Shown here: one piece after another, positions 19,591-26,744 of the stretch
Numbering within the stretch: the stretch's first letter is position 1
How the letters are laid out: each line of letters starts with the position of its first letter
Assembly (NCBI GenBank): GCA_964600175.1
Contig: CAZRIQ010000001.1
Coordinates: 1-55,593, forward strand
Direction: 5' to 3'
Source: an uncultured Melioribacter sp.
GTDB taxonomy: Bacteria; Bacteroidota; Ignavibacteria; Ignavibacteriales; Melioribacteraceae
Length of the DNA: 55,593 nt
Notes under the pieces: model-generated
What the model saw: the letters and a program-made list of their open reading frames with translations, nothing else
Told to the model about the DNA's origin: nothing
Database searches by the model: none
Translations under genes and position numbers: made by a program

Positions 19591-19740
19591 TGACTTCCAC
19601 CCATACACGGTCTGTCCATACTCAATTAAGCCTTCTTTTACAAAGGCCCCTCTTTCGTCTATCTTTAAAACTTTTCTCCACCCATTGCTTGTTTTAATTT
19701 TTTGTCCTACTTGAATACTTCTACCAAGGTTAAAAGTCAT
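19585..19740 (-). CDS. Cassette 8 hypothetical protein (51 aa)
   Basis: Manual translation MTFNLGRSIQVGQKIKTSNGWRKVLKIDERG..; GGAG RBS; stop in R'. Confidence 0.65.
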   Translation of the reverse strand: MTFNLGRSIQVGQKIKTSNGWRKVLKIDERGAFVKEGLIEYGQTVYGWKSK

Positions 19741-19769
19741 TGTCTTATTCTCCTATTTTTCCACCCGCA

Positions 19770-19915
19770 AAATAACAATTGGCTGAACGAGGATAAAAAC
19801 CCTCACCCGGCCTTTTTCTTTTCGATCCATATTGCTATGCAACAAATTGCAAAAACTATAATAATTCCATAAATCATAACCACCCCGTTTTTACCTGTTA
19901 GCCATGACGTTATGT
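19770..19915 (+). repeat. attC site 8 (146 bp)
   Basis: AAATAAC..tggct(g)aac(g)agg(a)taaaaac / gtttttacctgttagcca..GTTATGT. Confidence 0.87.
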
Positions 19916-20149
19916 TTGCCTGTTGGTCAATAGTGCATCAATAGTTTCTTGATCTTTGAGTTCGTGTAACTGAATTGCCCACCACACATCATTTGTTGTT
20001 TCATCTCCGGTTTGCATTTGCTCCAATAGGCAGTCCCTACAAATGCGAGGTTGTTTTATTTTATTAATTCGAACTGAGTTGCAAAGTTCTTTCTGTTGCC
20101 CACATTTCGCGCAAGTTGCAAAATTTTCCACTATAACCTCCCCGGCCAA
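19910..20149 (-). CDS. Cassette 9 Zn-finger-like protein
   Basis: CAKC..CRDC; stop in R'; start uncertain. Confidence 0.6.
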   Translation of the reverse strand: MAGEVIVENFATCAKCGQQKELCNSVRINKIKQPRICRDCLLEQMQTGDETTNDVWWAIQLHELKDQETIDALLTNRQT

Positions 20150-20189
20150 TAGGCCGTTTTCAATGATGCGCTGTCGCGCTGAAAACTAA

Positions 20190-20250
20190 ACATAATATAC
20201 ACATGCAGCGGATGGCGAGAAGATGCCACACGCTGATGTAGGCGTTATGC
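20190..20250 (+). repeat. attC site 9 (61 bp; R'' variant ACATAAT)
   Basis: acat(g)cagcggatggc / gccacacgctgatgt-aggc-GTTATGC. Confidence 0.8.
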
Positions 20251-20526
20251 GCCTCGAAAGCGGTCGAAGTCTTCCTTGTTTTTAAATTCACACCAGCCCA
20301 AAATAACCACTTGATTTATATTAGAATCAGAGTGTTTGGCCGCCAATTGTTTTAATTCGATATTTGAGGGGAATAATTCACTTTCAAACACCAAATTGCC
20401 ATTTCCCTCTTTTGTTTTGCTAAAATATTTATAGTTAAATAAAAACCAGCGCGTAAGATTTTTCTGCACAGGATTTAAACCCGTGCTTTCGTCTTGGTTC
20501 TGCTCAACTTTTTTATCTGTGCTCAT
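20245..20526 (-). CDS. Cassette 10 hypothetical protein (starts inside attC10 loop)
   Basis: AAGGAG RBS in loop; arm read as LNPVQKNLTR; stop in R'. Confidence 0.7.
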   Translation of the reverse strand: MSTDKKVEQNQDESTGLNPVQKNLTRWFLFNYKYFSKTKEGNGNLVFESELFPSNIELKQLAAKHSDSNINQVVILGWCEFKNKEDFDRFRGA

Positions 20527-20571
20527 CTTTTTAAATCTCCTTGTTTAAACCTGTGAGAATGGGCGTTACCC
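20451..20571 (+). repeat. attC site 10 (121 bp; R'' variant GCGTAAG)
   Basis: ttct(g)cacagg(a)tttaaac / gtttaaacctgtgagaa-tgggc-GTTACCC. Confidence 0.85.
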
Positions 20572-20913
20572 ACATGGCGGTTTTGGTAATGGCATCCAGT
20601 GGCTAACATTTTTTAAACATCCAGTAGAACCGCCGGGGCCAGTAATCGAAAAACATCCGAAAGAAAATGATGCAATTCTAACTTTATCAAGAAAAATTAT
20701 ATAAATATCTTCGTCTTCTGGCAATCCATCTTTTATCAACCGCCAGCCCTTCCCATCACCAGAAACCCCACCTGGGTAACAATTTTCTGCATGGGATTTA
20801 GCCTCGTATTCTTTTATTGCTGTTTCAAAGTCGGCAAAATCCATAAACCATTCACCACTATTGTCATCCCAAAGAGAATTGTGTTTATCAAATAATGCTT
20901 TTATTTCTTCCAT
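20566..20913 (-). CDS. Cassette 11 DUF551-like protein (starts inside attC11 loop)
   Basis: WRLIKDGLPE..VSHWMPLPKPP. Confidence 0.8.
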   Translation of the reverse strand: MEEIKALFDKHNSLWDDNSGEWFMDFADFETAIKEYEAKSHAENCYPGGVSGDGKGWRLIKDGLPEDEDIYIIFLDKVRIASFSFGCFSITGPGGSTGCLKNVSHWMPLPKPPCG

Positions 20914-20960
20914 CGTCTTTTCCTTTCTTCTAAGCCAAACCCATGAGAATGGCGTTATTT
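20774..20960 (+). repeat. attC site 11 (187 bp, coding loop)
   Basis: GGGTAAC..ttct(g)catggg(a)ttt / aaacccatgagaa..GTTATTT. Confidence 0.85.
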
Positions 20961-20973
20961 GTATTTTGCAAGG

Positions 20974-21180
20974 TCAATCTTTTGGCATGTTATATTTTTG
21001 GTATAAATCGACCGCTTGCTCTTTTGCCACTGCAATATCAGTTTTTAGGTCATAAAGGTCTCTACCAATTTTTGAATTAGAATCCTTGTCAAGCAAAGAC
21101 AATACCCTCATACCAAGCATAAAGCCCTCTGCTCTTTGAAGTTTTTCAACGATACTTGTAATTTTGTCTTTATCTTCCAT
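20974..21180 (-). CDS. Cassette 12 hypothetical protein (MEDKDK..)
   Basis: AGGAG RBS before ATG at 21180. Confidence 0.65.
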   Translation of the reverse strand: MEDKDKITSIVEKLQRAEGFMLGMRVLSLLDKDSNSKIGRDLYDLKTDIAVAKEQAVDLYQKYNMPKD

Positions 21181-21216
21181 TTTTAAACTCCTATTTTTAG
21201 GTCGTAGGGCAAAAAC

Positions 21217-21293
21217 AAATAACATCATAATCCACGGGATCGAAACCCCGTTCCGAACACCACCCCTTTCGACACGTGATCAGGGCGTTATGT
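21217..21293 (+). repeat. attC site 12 (77 bp)
   Basis: AAATAAC..at(c)cacggg(a)tcgaaa / tttcgacacgtgat..GTTATGT. Confidence 0.87.
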
Positions 21294-21488
21294 GCCTATA
21301 ATAGTATTTTCAGGCAAATCTAATTTTATGGCACTAATTATTTTTTCCCAATCCTCATCTTTTTCTATCCATTTCGGCCTTGTGAAATAAACAAGTGGTG
21401 CAGTCATTCCCTTTTGATTACCCCATATACCATAAGACTTGCAAATTCCCTTTATAGGCTTTGAGATCGAGTAACTTTCTAATTTCAT
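21288..21488 (-). CDS. Cassette 13 hypothetical protein (MKLESYSISK..)
   Basis: AAGGA RBS; stop in R'. Confidence 0.65.
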   Translation of the reverse strand: MKLESYSISKPIKGICKSYGIWGNQKGMTAPLVYFTRPKWIEKDEDWEKIISAIKLDLPENTIIGT

Positions 21489-21508
21489 TTCCAATCCTTT
21501 CTGGCGGC

Positions 21509-21566
21509 ACATAACCACGTAATCGAGCGGACGAAAAAACGCGCCGCTCATTACTAACCGTTATAT
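21509..21566 (+). repeat. attC site 13 (58 bp), near-identical to attC1
   Basis: ACATAAC-cacgtaatcgagcggacgaaaaaacgcgccgctcattac-taacc-GTTATAT. Confidence 0.92.
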
Positions 21567-21716
21567 TTATTCGCCAAGGTCAACATCTAATTCCTTTTGT
21601 AGCAAATCTTGAATCAATTTGTTGTATTTGCCACGCTTGCGGGCCGCCTTCAAAATCCTTGGGTCAAGGCGAATTGTCACAGAAACTTTTGGATGTTCTT
21701 TTTTAGGTGCTGGCAT
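21567..21716 (-). CDS. Cassette 14 gene b: ribbon-helix-helix/BrnA-like protein (49 aa)
   Basis: Manual translation MPAPKKEHPKVSVTIRLDPRILKAAR..DVDLGE. Confidence 0.7.
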   Translation of the reverse strand: MPAPKKEHPKVSVTIRLDPRILKAARKRGKYNKLIQDLLQKELDVDLGE

Positions 21717-21916
21717 TATAAATTATCCGATAAATCTGCAACATAACATTTAATATCATCTGTTAACATAATAACGTCCAAGTCTATGTCTGCATTTTGC
21801 ACACATTGCAATTGTCTTAAAATGTAACCCAATTCAAATGCTGCACATACTGGGCTTTTTATAAGTTTTGCTTTTTCTATTTTTTCGTCGAACCAATCAT
21901 TTTGTTGCTTTTCCAT
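21716..21916 (-). CDS. Cassette 14 gene a: hypothetical protein
   Basis: AAGGAG RBS, first gene after the promoter. Confidence 0.65.
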   Translation of the reverse strand: MEKQQNDWFDEKIEKAKLIKSPVCAAFELGYILRQLQCVQNADIDLDVIMLTDDIKCYVADLSDNL

Positions 21917-21953
21917 TTTCTTCTCCTTTATTATTTGTTTCCGTCACTACATT

Positions 21954-21982
21954 AATATAATGCCTTAAATTGTAATTGTCAA
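21954..21982 (-). promoter_or_regulatory. Sigma70-like promoter inside cassette 14
   Basis: TTGACA-17-TATATT. Confidence 0.75.
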
Positions 21983-22018
21983 GACATTTATTAATTATTT
22001 TGGTCGTAGGGGCGGAAA

Positions 22019-22100
22019 ATATAACAACAAAATGAACTCGGACTAAAAACCGCCCCAATCCATTCCCAGCCTTTTTAGCCGGTTATTTTGGGCATTACCA
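22019..22100 (+). repeat. attC site 14 (82 bp; R' variant ATTACCA)
   Basis: ATATAAC..aaaat(g)aac(t)cgg(a)ctaaaaa / tttttagccggttatttt. Confidence 0.85.
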
Positions 22101-22115
22101 ACACAGAAAACGCTA

Positions 22116-22688
22116 CTATAATAAATCGTGTATTCTCTTGCAATTTTTACATTCAAATGTCAGCGCACAAATACCACATTGCCAATCATTATTGCAAATA
22201 TTTGAAATATCAGTACTTGAACACCCAGGGCATGTTACCTTATAGGCTGACTCTGCATTTTCAGGCCCCTCACCAAGAGACTGCCCAACCTTGGTAACAA
22301 CTGGCTGCACAGCGGATTTTGCCATGGCCTCCCCATAATATATACAGTCTTGGCAAATAGGTGTCTGCACCATTTTTCTATGAGCACACGTATTGCATGG
22401 CTCTTTAAATTGGAGCCAATTATGCTTAATATAATTATCTTTTAAATGATTGTCTTCCATCTTTATATCCTTTCTTGCTATTACCCGCTTGCTAAACTTA
22501 GCTCTGGGAACAGCAAAATTCCTCAATCTAAATCCAGAAATCTGTTTTTGTCCTTCTTTTCTATAATGCTCGAATGGATATGGGATTGCGTGGTTGTTTT
22601 TGATACAACCGCGGACACGCTGCAAATTGCCTAGCAATATTATAATGTCTTTCTTTTCATCGATTTCCTCGCCATATAGATCTTTCAT
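22116..22688 (-). CDS. Cys-rich hypothetical protein spanning the end of the array (cassette 15 fused to upstream sequence)
   Basis: Several CxxC pairs; contains attC-arm peptide KSAVQPVVTK. Confidence 0.6.
   Translation of the reverse strand: MKDLYGEEIDEKKDIIILLGNLQRVRGCIKNNHAIPYPFEHYRKEGQKQISGFRLRNFAVPRAKFSKRVIARKDIKMEDNHLKDNYIKHNWLQFKEPCNTCAHRKMVQTPICQDCIYYGEAMAKSAVQPVVTKVGQSLGEGPENAESAYKVTCPGCSSTDISNICNNDWQCGICALTFECKNCKRIHDLL
22292..22321 (+). repeat. attC site 15, left arm only
   Basis: TGGTAAC-aactggctgcacagcggattttg, complementary to (A)TTACCA at 22094 and similar to the attC3 left arm; no right arm found. Confidence 0.6.
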
Positions 22689-22811
22689 TTTATGCTCCCC
22701 AAATCATAAAAACTGTTTTTTTTTATTGCTGTTTTTATTCATAAAATCTTGCACAACTAGAATCGTAATTTAAATGAGCTGTTCCTATAGGGCAGTTTCT
22801 TTGTTTTGCAA

Positions 22812-23306
22812 TTACATAATACCACCTAATCTATTTTCAATATTTCTAATTTCTTGCGATAAAAGTCTTTTTATGTTTGAGTCTGTTGATTTTTTAAATT
22901 GAGCTTTTAATTTTTCAAGCCTCTCGTTTGCTTTGATTTTCCATTCAGGCATAGAAACAGTTTTTTCTGGCACATCGACCATATTTTCAATTGCCTTTAA
23001 ATCTTCATCGTGTTTTTTGCGTTCTCTAGCTGCTCTTAATTCATGGCTATTGTTTACAATTACAGTACATAAATATTTTGTAACTTCTAATTGATTATAC
23101 ATAAGACTTCTTACCTTTTTTTCTGCTTCTGGCGTTAGGTTTTCAATACATTTTAATATTATTTCTTCATCTGGTTCAAGTTTTCCAATTCTTAATACTT
23201 TTCGTTTCATAAGATTGCCAGTAAATTGATACCAATTGCATGGCCTTTCACCAAATTTGTTAATAAGAGTTTTGGCTATATTAGATTGTATTTCACGATT
23301 TATCAT
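22812..23306 (-). CDS. Hypothetical protein (replication region)
   Basis: 164-aa ORF. Confidence 0.6.
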   Translation of the reverse strand: MINREIQSNIAKTLINKFGERPCNWYQFTGNLMKRKVLRIGKLEPDEEIILKCIENLTPEAEKKVRSLMYNQLEVTKYLCTVIVNNSHELRAARERKKHDEDLKAIENMVDVPEKTVSMPEWKIKANERLEKLKAQFKKSTDSNIKRLLSQEIRNIENRLGGIM

Positions 23307-23669
23307 TTTAATTGTTGTCGTTTGAATTTGTTCTGTTGTTCGTTCATAAATAAAACCTATTTTTAATCAACTGAAACGTAGCTATTTATCCATAATGGAT
23401 CTAAATCCATATCAACCATTGGATTATCACCAGAACATGATCCCAATAATCCAACCTGAAACGAAACCCAATCTTCAATCTGTTGGTTTGTTGCGTTATC
23501 AGGAACATCAATTTCAAGCCTTATTTCTACTTTTTTTAACATTATTTTTTCTCCTTTAATTTTTTTGAGCTTGCTCAAATACTTTAAATATCTTTTTATT
23601 TAAAGTATTTGTTCTTTTATTAATTTACTTTCTTTTACTTTCCTTTGTATAGTTAATGTTAACATTAAC

Positions 23670-24101
23670 CTAGTTTTTGAGTGAAAAAATGCTCTTTTTT
23701 TGTGTTTTTGCATCCATAAATCTTTTTAATACCTTTTCGTAAGTCGGCAAAACATCTTTTCGTCTTTTATAGGCATCTTCTATTTCATCAACGAATCCTT
23801 GACTATAAACAACTCTATATTTTTCCCAAAGTGTTTTATCAATTGCATCACAATCTATAAGAGTTGACATTAAATTTTCAAGTTTTTCTTTTGTTATATG
23901 TGTTTTAGATAAAAAAAAATTAAAATCTTTTGGTAATGATAAATCAAGCACATGCTGATGTTTTTTTGCTAAAAACTCCCAAAGTTTAAAAAAAAACGCA
24001 TATCCTTCGTTTCCATATAATCCATCTATTGTTTCAACTGTTTGCTTCCAGTTTGCATAATGAGGGAAATAATCAACAGTAGCCTTTGTAGGTCTTGCCA
24101 T
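23670..24101 (-). CDS. DUF4373/Lin1244-like replication initiator N-terminal domain
   Basis: MARPTKATVDYFPH..YGNEGYAFFFKLWE..DAYKRR. Confidence 0.75.
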   Translation of the reverse strand: MARPTKATVDYFPHYANWKQTVETIDGLYGNEGYAFFFKLWEFLAKKHQHVLDLSLPKDFNFFLSKTHITKEKLENLMSTLIDCDAIDKTLWEKYRVVYSQGFVDEIEDAYKRRKDVLPTYEKVLKRFMDAKTQKKSIFSLKN

Positions 24102-24170
24102 TATGGATTCCTAAATAAATGTTAAGATAAATAATATGCGTTATTAGAATGCGCATCCCTCTATGTAATA

Positions 24171-24596
24171 TTAATACACTTTTTGCTTTTCGATATTAAG
24201 ACTGACTTGTATATTATACCCGTTCTTTACATTTTCAACCATTGAGTGAACCATGTGTCCAGCAATGTTGTCAGCATTTTTTGTTAATACTTTTTTGAGA
24301 GAATCTTTAATCTTGTCTTTGTTCTCATCAACCCACTCTTGCAAGGCTACTTTTGCTTGCTCTTGAATAGCCTTGCGTGAAACGATTTCGATAAAGTCAT
24401 ATTTATTGTCGCCATTGTAATTGCTGACATTCCCGGATTCATTTACTTTCTGTTTCATTGCAATGGAAATAATCGAATCCATAAGTTCAGGCATTTTATC
24501 AAGCTCTCGGATTATCGCTGTTTGGATTTGTTTATTTAACACATCGGTTATAACCGTATTATCAACATTCATTGATATTAAAGCGTCTTTTCCCAT
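24171..24596 (-). CDS. Hypothetical protein
   Basis: AAGGAG RBS, downstream of structured leader. Confidence 0.65.
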   Translation of the reverse strand: MGKDALISMNVDNTVITDVLNKQIQTAIIRELDKMPELMDSIISIAMKQKVNESGNVSNYNGDNKYDFIEIVSRKAIQEQAKVALQEWVDENKDKIKDSLKKVLTKNADNIAGHMVHSMVENVKNGYNIQVSLNIEKQKVY

Positions 24597-24614
24597 TTTA
24601 AATTCTCCTTTTAT

Positions 24615-24745
24615 AAAATAAGAAACCCCGCATCGCCTGGTAGGGCAAAGATACGGGGTTTCGAGTTATCGATAACTATCTAAATGTCATTTTAAACCCT
24701 ACCAGGCTACATCAAAAATATAAACATTACTATTGCAAATGTCAA
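24615..24745 (-). promoter_or_regulatory. Promoter plus structured leader with alternative pairing (attenuator-like)
   Basis: TTGACA-17-TATATT (24717-24745); hairpin 24622-24662 followed by U-rich tract; its loop (24635-24645) is complementary to 24697-24707. Confidence 0.7.
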
Positions 24746-24908
24746 GAAAAAATTCAATTCAAACACAATATTTTGTCAGTTAAATAATATTCATTTGTAG
24801 TATTAAAATCGTTGGTTATTTGACATTCAATTAAATAGATAAAACCGAAATCTAGCCGTCTCTTATCTATGGATTTTGGTGTTATTGTTACGTTTGAAAT
24901 TTTTGTTT

Positions 24909-25595
24909 TCAAAATAACCTCAATTGCGATCGCTCTCGTTCTATTCTTTTGCACGCATCTTCATAATGATCTGGACAGATTTCAAATCCAATATATTCAA
25001 AGTTTTCTTTTTCACAAGCAATTAAGCTACTACCAGATCCTACGTGGGTATCAAGTATCTTCCATTCTATATTTGTATATTTTCTTAAAATCGATCGGTA
25101 TAAGTTAACTGGTTTTTGGAATGGATGTATCCTTTTTTCTTTGTTTTTCATATCCTCCTGCAACATACCATTCCATAAATATCTAATAATTCTAACCCCT
25201 TTAAAAAAAGAAGACGACGCTATTTCACAATTTGAAAACGAGGAGCAATCATTTTTTTTATCCCAAACAATCCGTCCACATATCATATTAGAAAAACTAA
25301 AATAATTTATTCCCCATATTATTTGATGTTTTGAAACCCTACAAAGTTCATTATAATAATCTGTTGATACGGTCTTTTGTTTCGATAGTTTTTTTGCAGC
25401 TTTAACATGATTTCTTTTTATACCTTTTGATTCTTCGCTTCCTGGGCAAAGATATGATTCCGGTAAATCATAAACCGGATCAACAATAGCCAAATCCACA
25501 AAGTTATCTGGCATTTCTTTCATACCTTCCATGCAATCACCGAGTATAAAGCTATTAAAAGGTTTTCCTGAATCTATCCATTCTTGTATATTCAT
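24909..25595 (-). CDS. DNA amino-methyltransferase (N6A/N4C, beta class)
   Basis: GDCMEGM, AIVDPVY, HPFQKP, ILDTHVGSGSS. Confidence 0.9.
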   Translation of the reverse strand: MNIQEWIDSGKPFNSFILGDCMEGMKEMPDNFVDLAIVDPVYDLPESYLCPGSEESKGIKRNHVKAAKKLSKQKTVSTDYYNELCRVSKHQIIWGINYFSFSNMICGRIVWDKKNDCSSFSNCEIASSSFFKGVRIIRYLWNGMLQEDMKNKEKRIHPFQKPVNLYRSILRKYTNIEWKILDTHVGSGSSLIACEKENFEYIGFEICPDHYEDACKRIERERSQLRLF

Positions 25596-25597
25596 TA

Positions 25598-25849
25598 TTA
25601 CTTTTTATATTTTAATTGATCCCTGTTCTTGGTTAATTCCAGAATTATACATTCAGCGTGTTCAACTGTCTTTTTTAAAATTTCTATTAACCATTTAGGC
25701 TGCCTCTTTAGAGTTAATAAATGAACAATCGCACATTTTGAATTGTTTCTTATTCCAGAAGCCTTTGCAATTAGAATATTTCTTCTGAGATATTCTTCTG
25801 TGTTTTTTTCTTCTACAATAATTTTGCCGCTTGCGTCTTTAATATCCAT
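25598..25849 (-). CDS. Hypothetical protein
   Basis: AAGGAG RBS. Confidence 0.55.
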   Translation of the reverse strand: MDIKDASGKIIVEEKNTEEYLRRNILIAKASGIRNNSKCAIVHLLTLKRQPKWLIEILKKTVEHAECIILELTKNRDQLKYKK

Positions 25850-25901
25850 TGATTATTTCTCCTTCTGTAGCCTATCGATGGACACATTAATTATTTCTCC
25901 A

Positions 25902-26252
25902 TTAAACCATAATATTGTTTGGTGTTTGGATATTAGTTCCTTTTGGTCGCCACAAATGCAAACAATACAAATGATTATTGACATACTCTGATTTTTTGGG
26001 ATGTATCTGAATAACGACATCTTCATCATCCCAAAATTGTTCTTTTACAAATTGCATAATTTCCCAGGACGGAGTTCTTTTTCTGTTAATGGTAACAGAT
26101 ACGTGTTCCCACCCAAGTCCATCTGATGCAATGCAAAAAATTTCATAGCATTCAAATGAAAAAATAAAACACCCATTATTTCCATATAATTCATTAGATA
26201 TTAATCCATTTGGTGGATTTTTAAGTCTATTTTTTTCTTGGACTTTAAACAT
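25902..26252 (-). CDS. Conserved phage protein (GWEHVSV..RTPSWEIM..HLW family)
   Basis: Recognisable motif set. Confidence 0.75.
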   Translation of the reverse strand: MFKVQEKNRLKNPPNGLISNELYGNNGCFIFSFECYEIFCIASDGLGWEHVSVTINRKRTPSWEIMQFVKEQFWDDEDVVIQIHPKKSEYVNNHLYCLHLWRPKGTNIQTPNNIMV

Positions 26253-26287
26253 CCGATAGCTCCGTTTTTAATTTTTCACGCCACTCG

Positions 26288-26572
26288 TTATTTATTATCA
26301 TTCAATTTATAAATGGCAGATATTAAATTGGCAAAATTTTTAGCATGTGGCCCATTTATTTGAGCTATAAGAGTTCCAATATTTTCGAGTTCAAAAACAT
26401 TCACAAAATGATTTCCTTCTTCCGACCAAAAGCTATAACGCTTAAAAACGTCTGGTATTAATTTTATGGTTTCGTTTACTGAAAACAAAAACTCTAAAAT
26501 GTCCTCAAGTTCGTCTTCGGTGTCGGGAGAATCAATCTGAGCTTTTCTGATTGCCTTAATATATTTATCCAT
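26288..26572 (-). CDS. Hypothetical protein
   Basis: AAGGAG RBS. Confidence 0.6.
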   Translation of the reverse strand: MDKYIKAIRKAQIDSPDTEDELEDILEFLFSVNETIKLIPDVFKRYSFWSEEGNHFVNVFELENIGTLIAQINGPHAKNFANLISAIYKLNDNK

Positions 26573-26617
26573 TTAAAAACTCCTTATCTGGGTTTTTTAT
26601 TTCATGCCAAATACTCA

Positions 26618-26737
26618 TTTTTAAAATATGCAGGGCCAGGGTTGCTATCCCTGTCCGCCTTATTCAAAACGCTTTGCGAATCAAACAAGGTTGCGAATAG
26701 CGATTTCGCGGTGTGTCAAACCCTGCATTTTTAAAAA
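26618..26737 (-). ncRNA. Candidate structured RNA
   Basis: Closing stem tttttaaaa(t)atgcaggg / ccctgcatttttaaaaa with internal hairpin CAGGG-ATAGCAA-CCCTG. Confidence 0.45.
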
Positions 26738-26744
26738 TCCTCAA

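Larger units (their letters stand above)
16807..22320 (+). mobile_element. Integron-type gene cassette array without integrase (about 15 cassettes), all ORFs antisense to attC polarity
   Basis: 13 two-armed attC plus 2 half sites; in most cassettes the opening R' and closing R'' are complementary. Confidence 0.9.

Noticed and set aside
17159-21551. Longer ORF-track starts for 17159..17506, 18631..18915, 18806..19087, 20974..21228 and 21288..21551
   Set aside because: Better RBS-associated or translationally coupled starts lie downstream; extensions run through attC arms, promoters or neighbouring genes
17101-22100. CRISPR array or plain rho-independent terminators
   Set aside because: Units are gene-sized, repeats are non-identical and lack U tracts; bulge pattern and GTT/AAC boxes fit attC
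23670-23672. Genome-wide TAG stop-codon reassignment
   Set aside because: Long genes are intact in the standard code and several ORFs end normally at TAG; no suppressor tRNA seen
24909-25595. DPVY instead of DPPY as evidence of an inactive methyltransferase
   Set aside because: Single substitution with all other motifs intact; cannot infer loss of function
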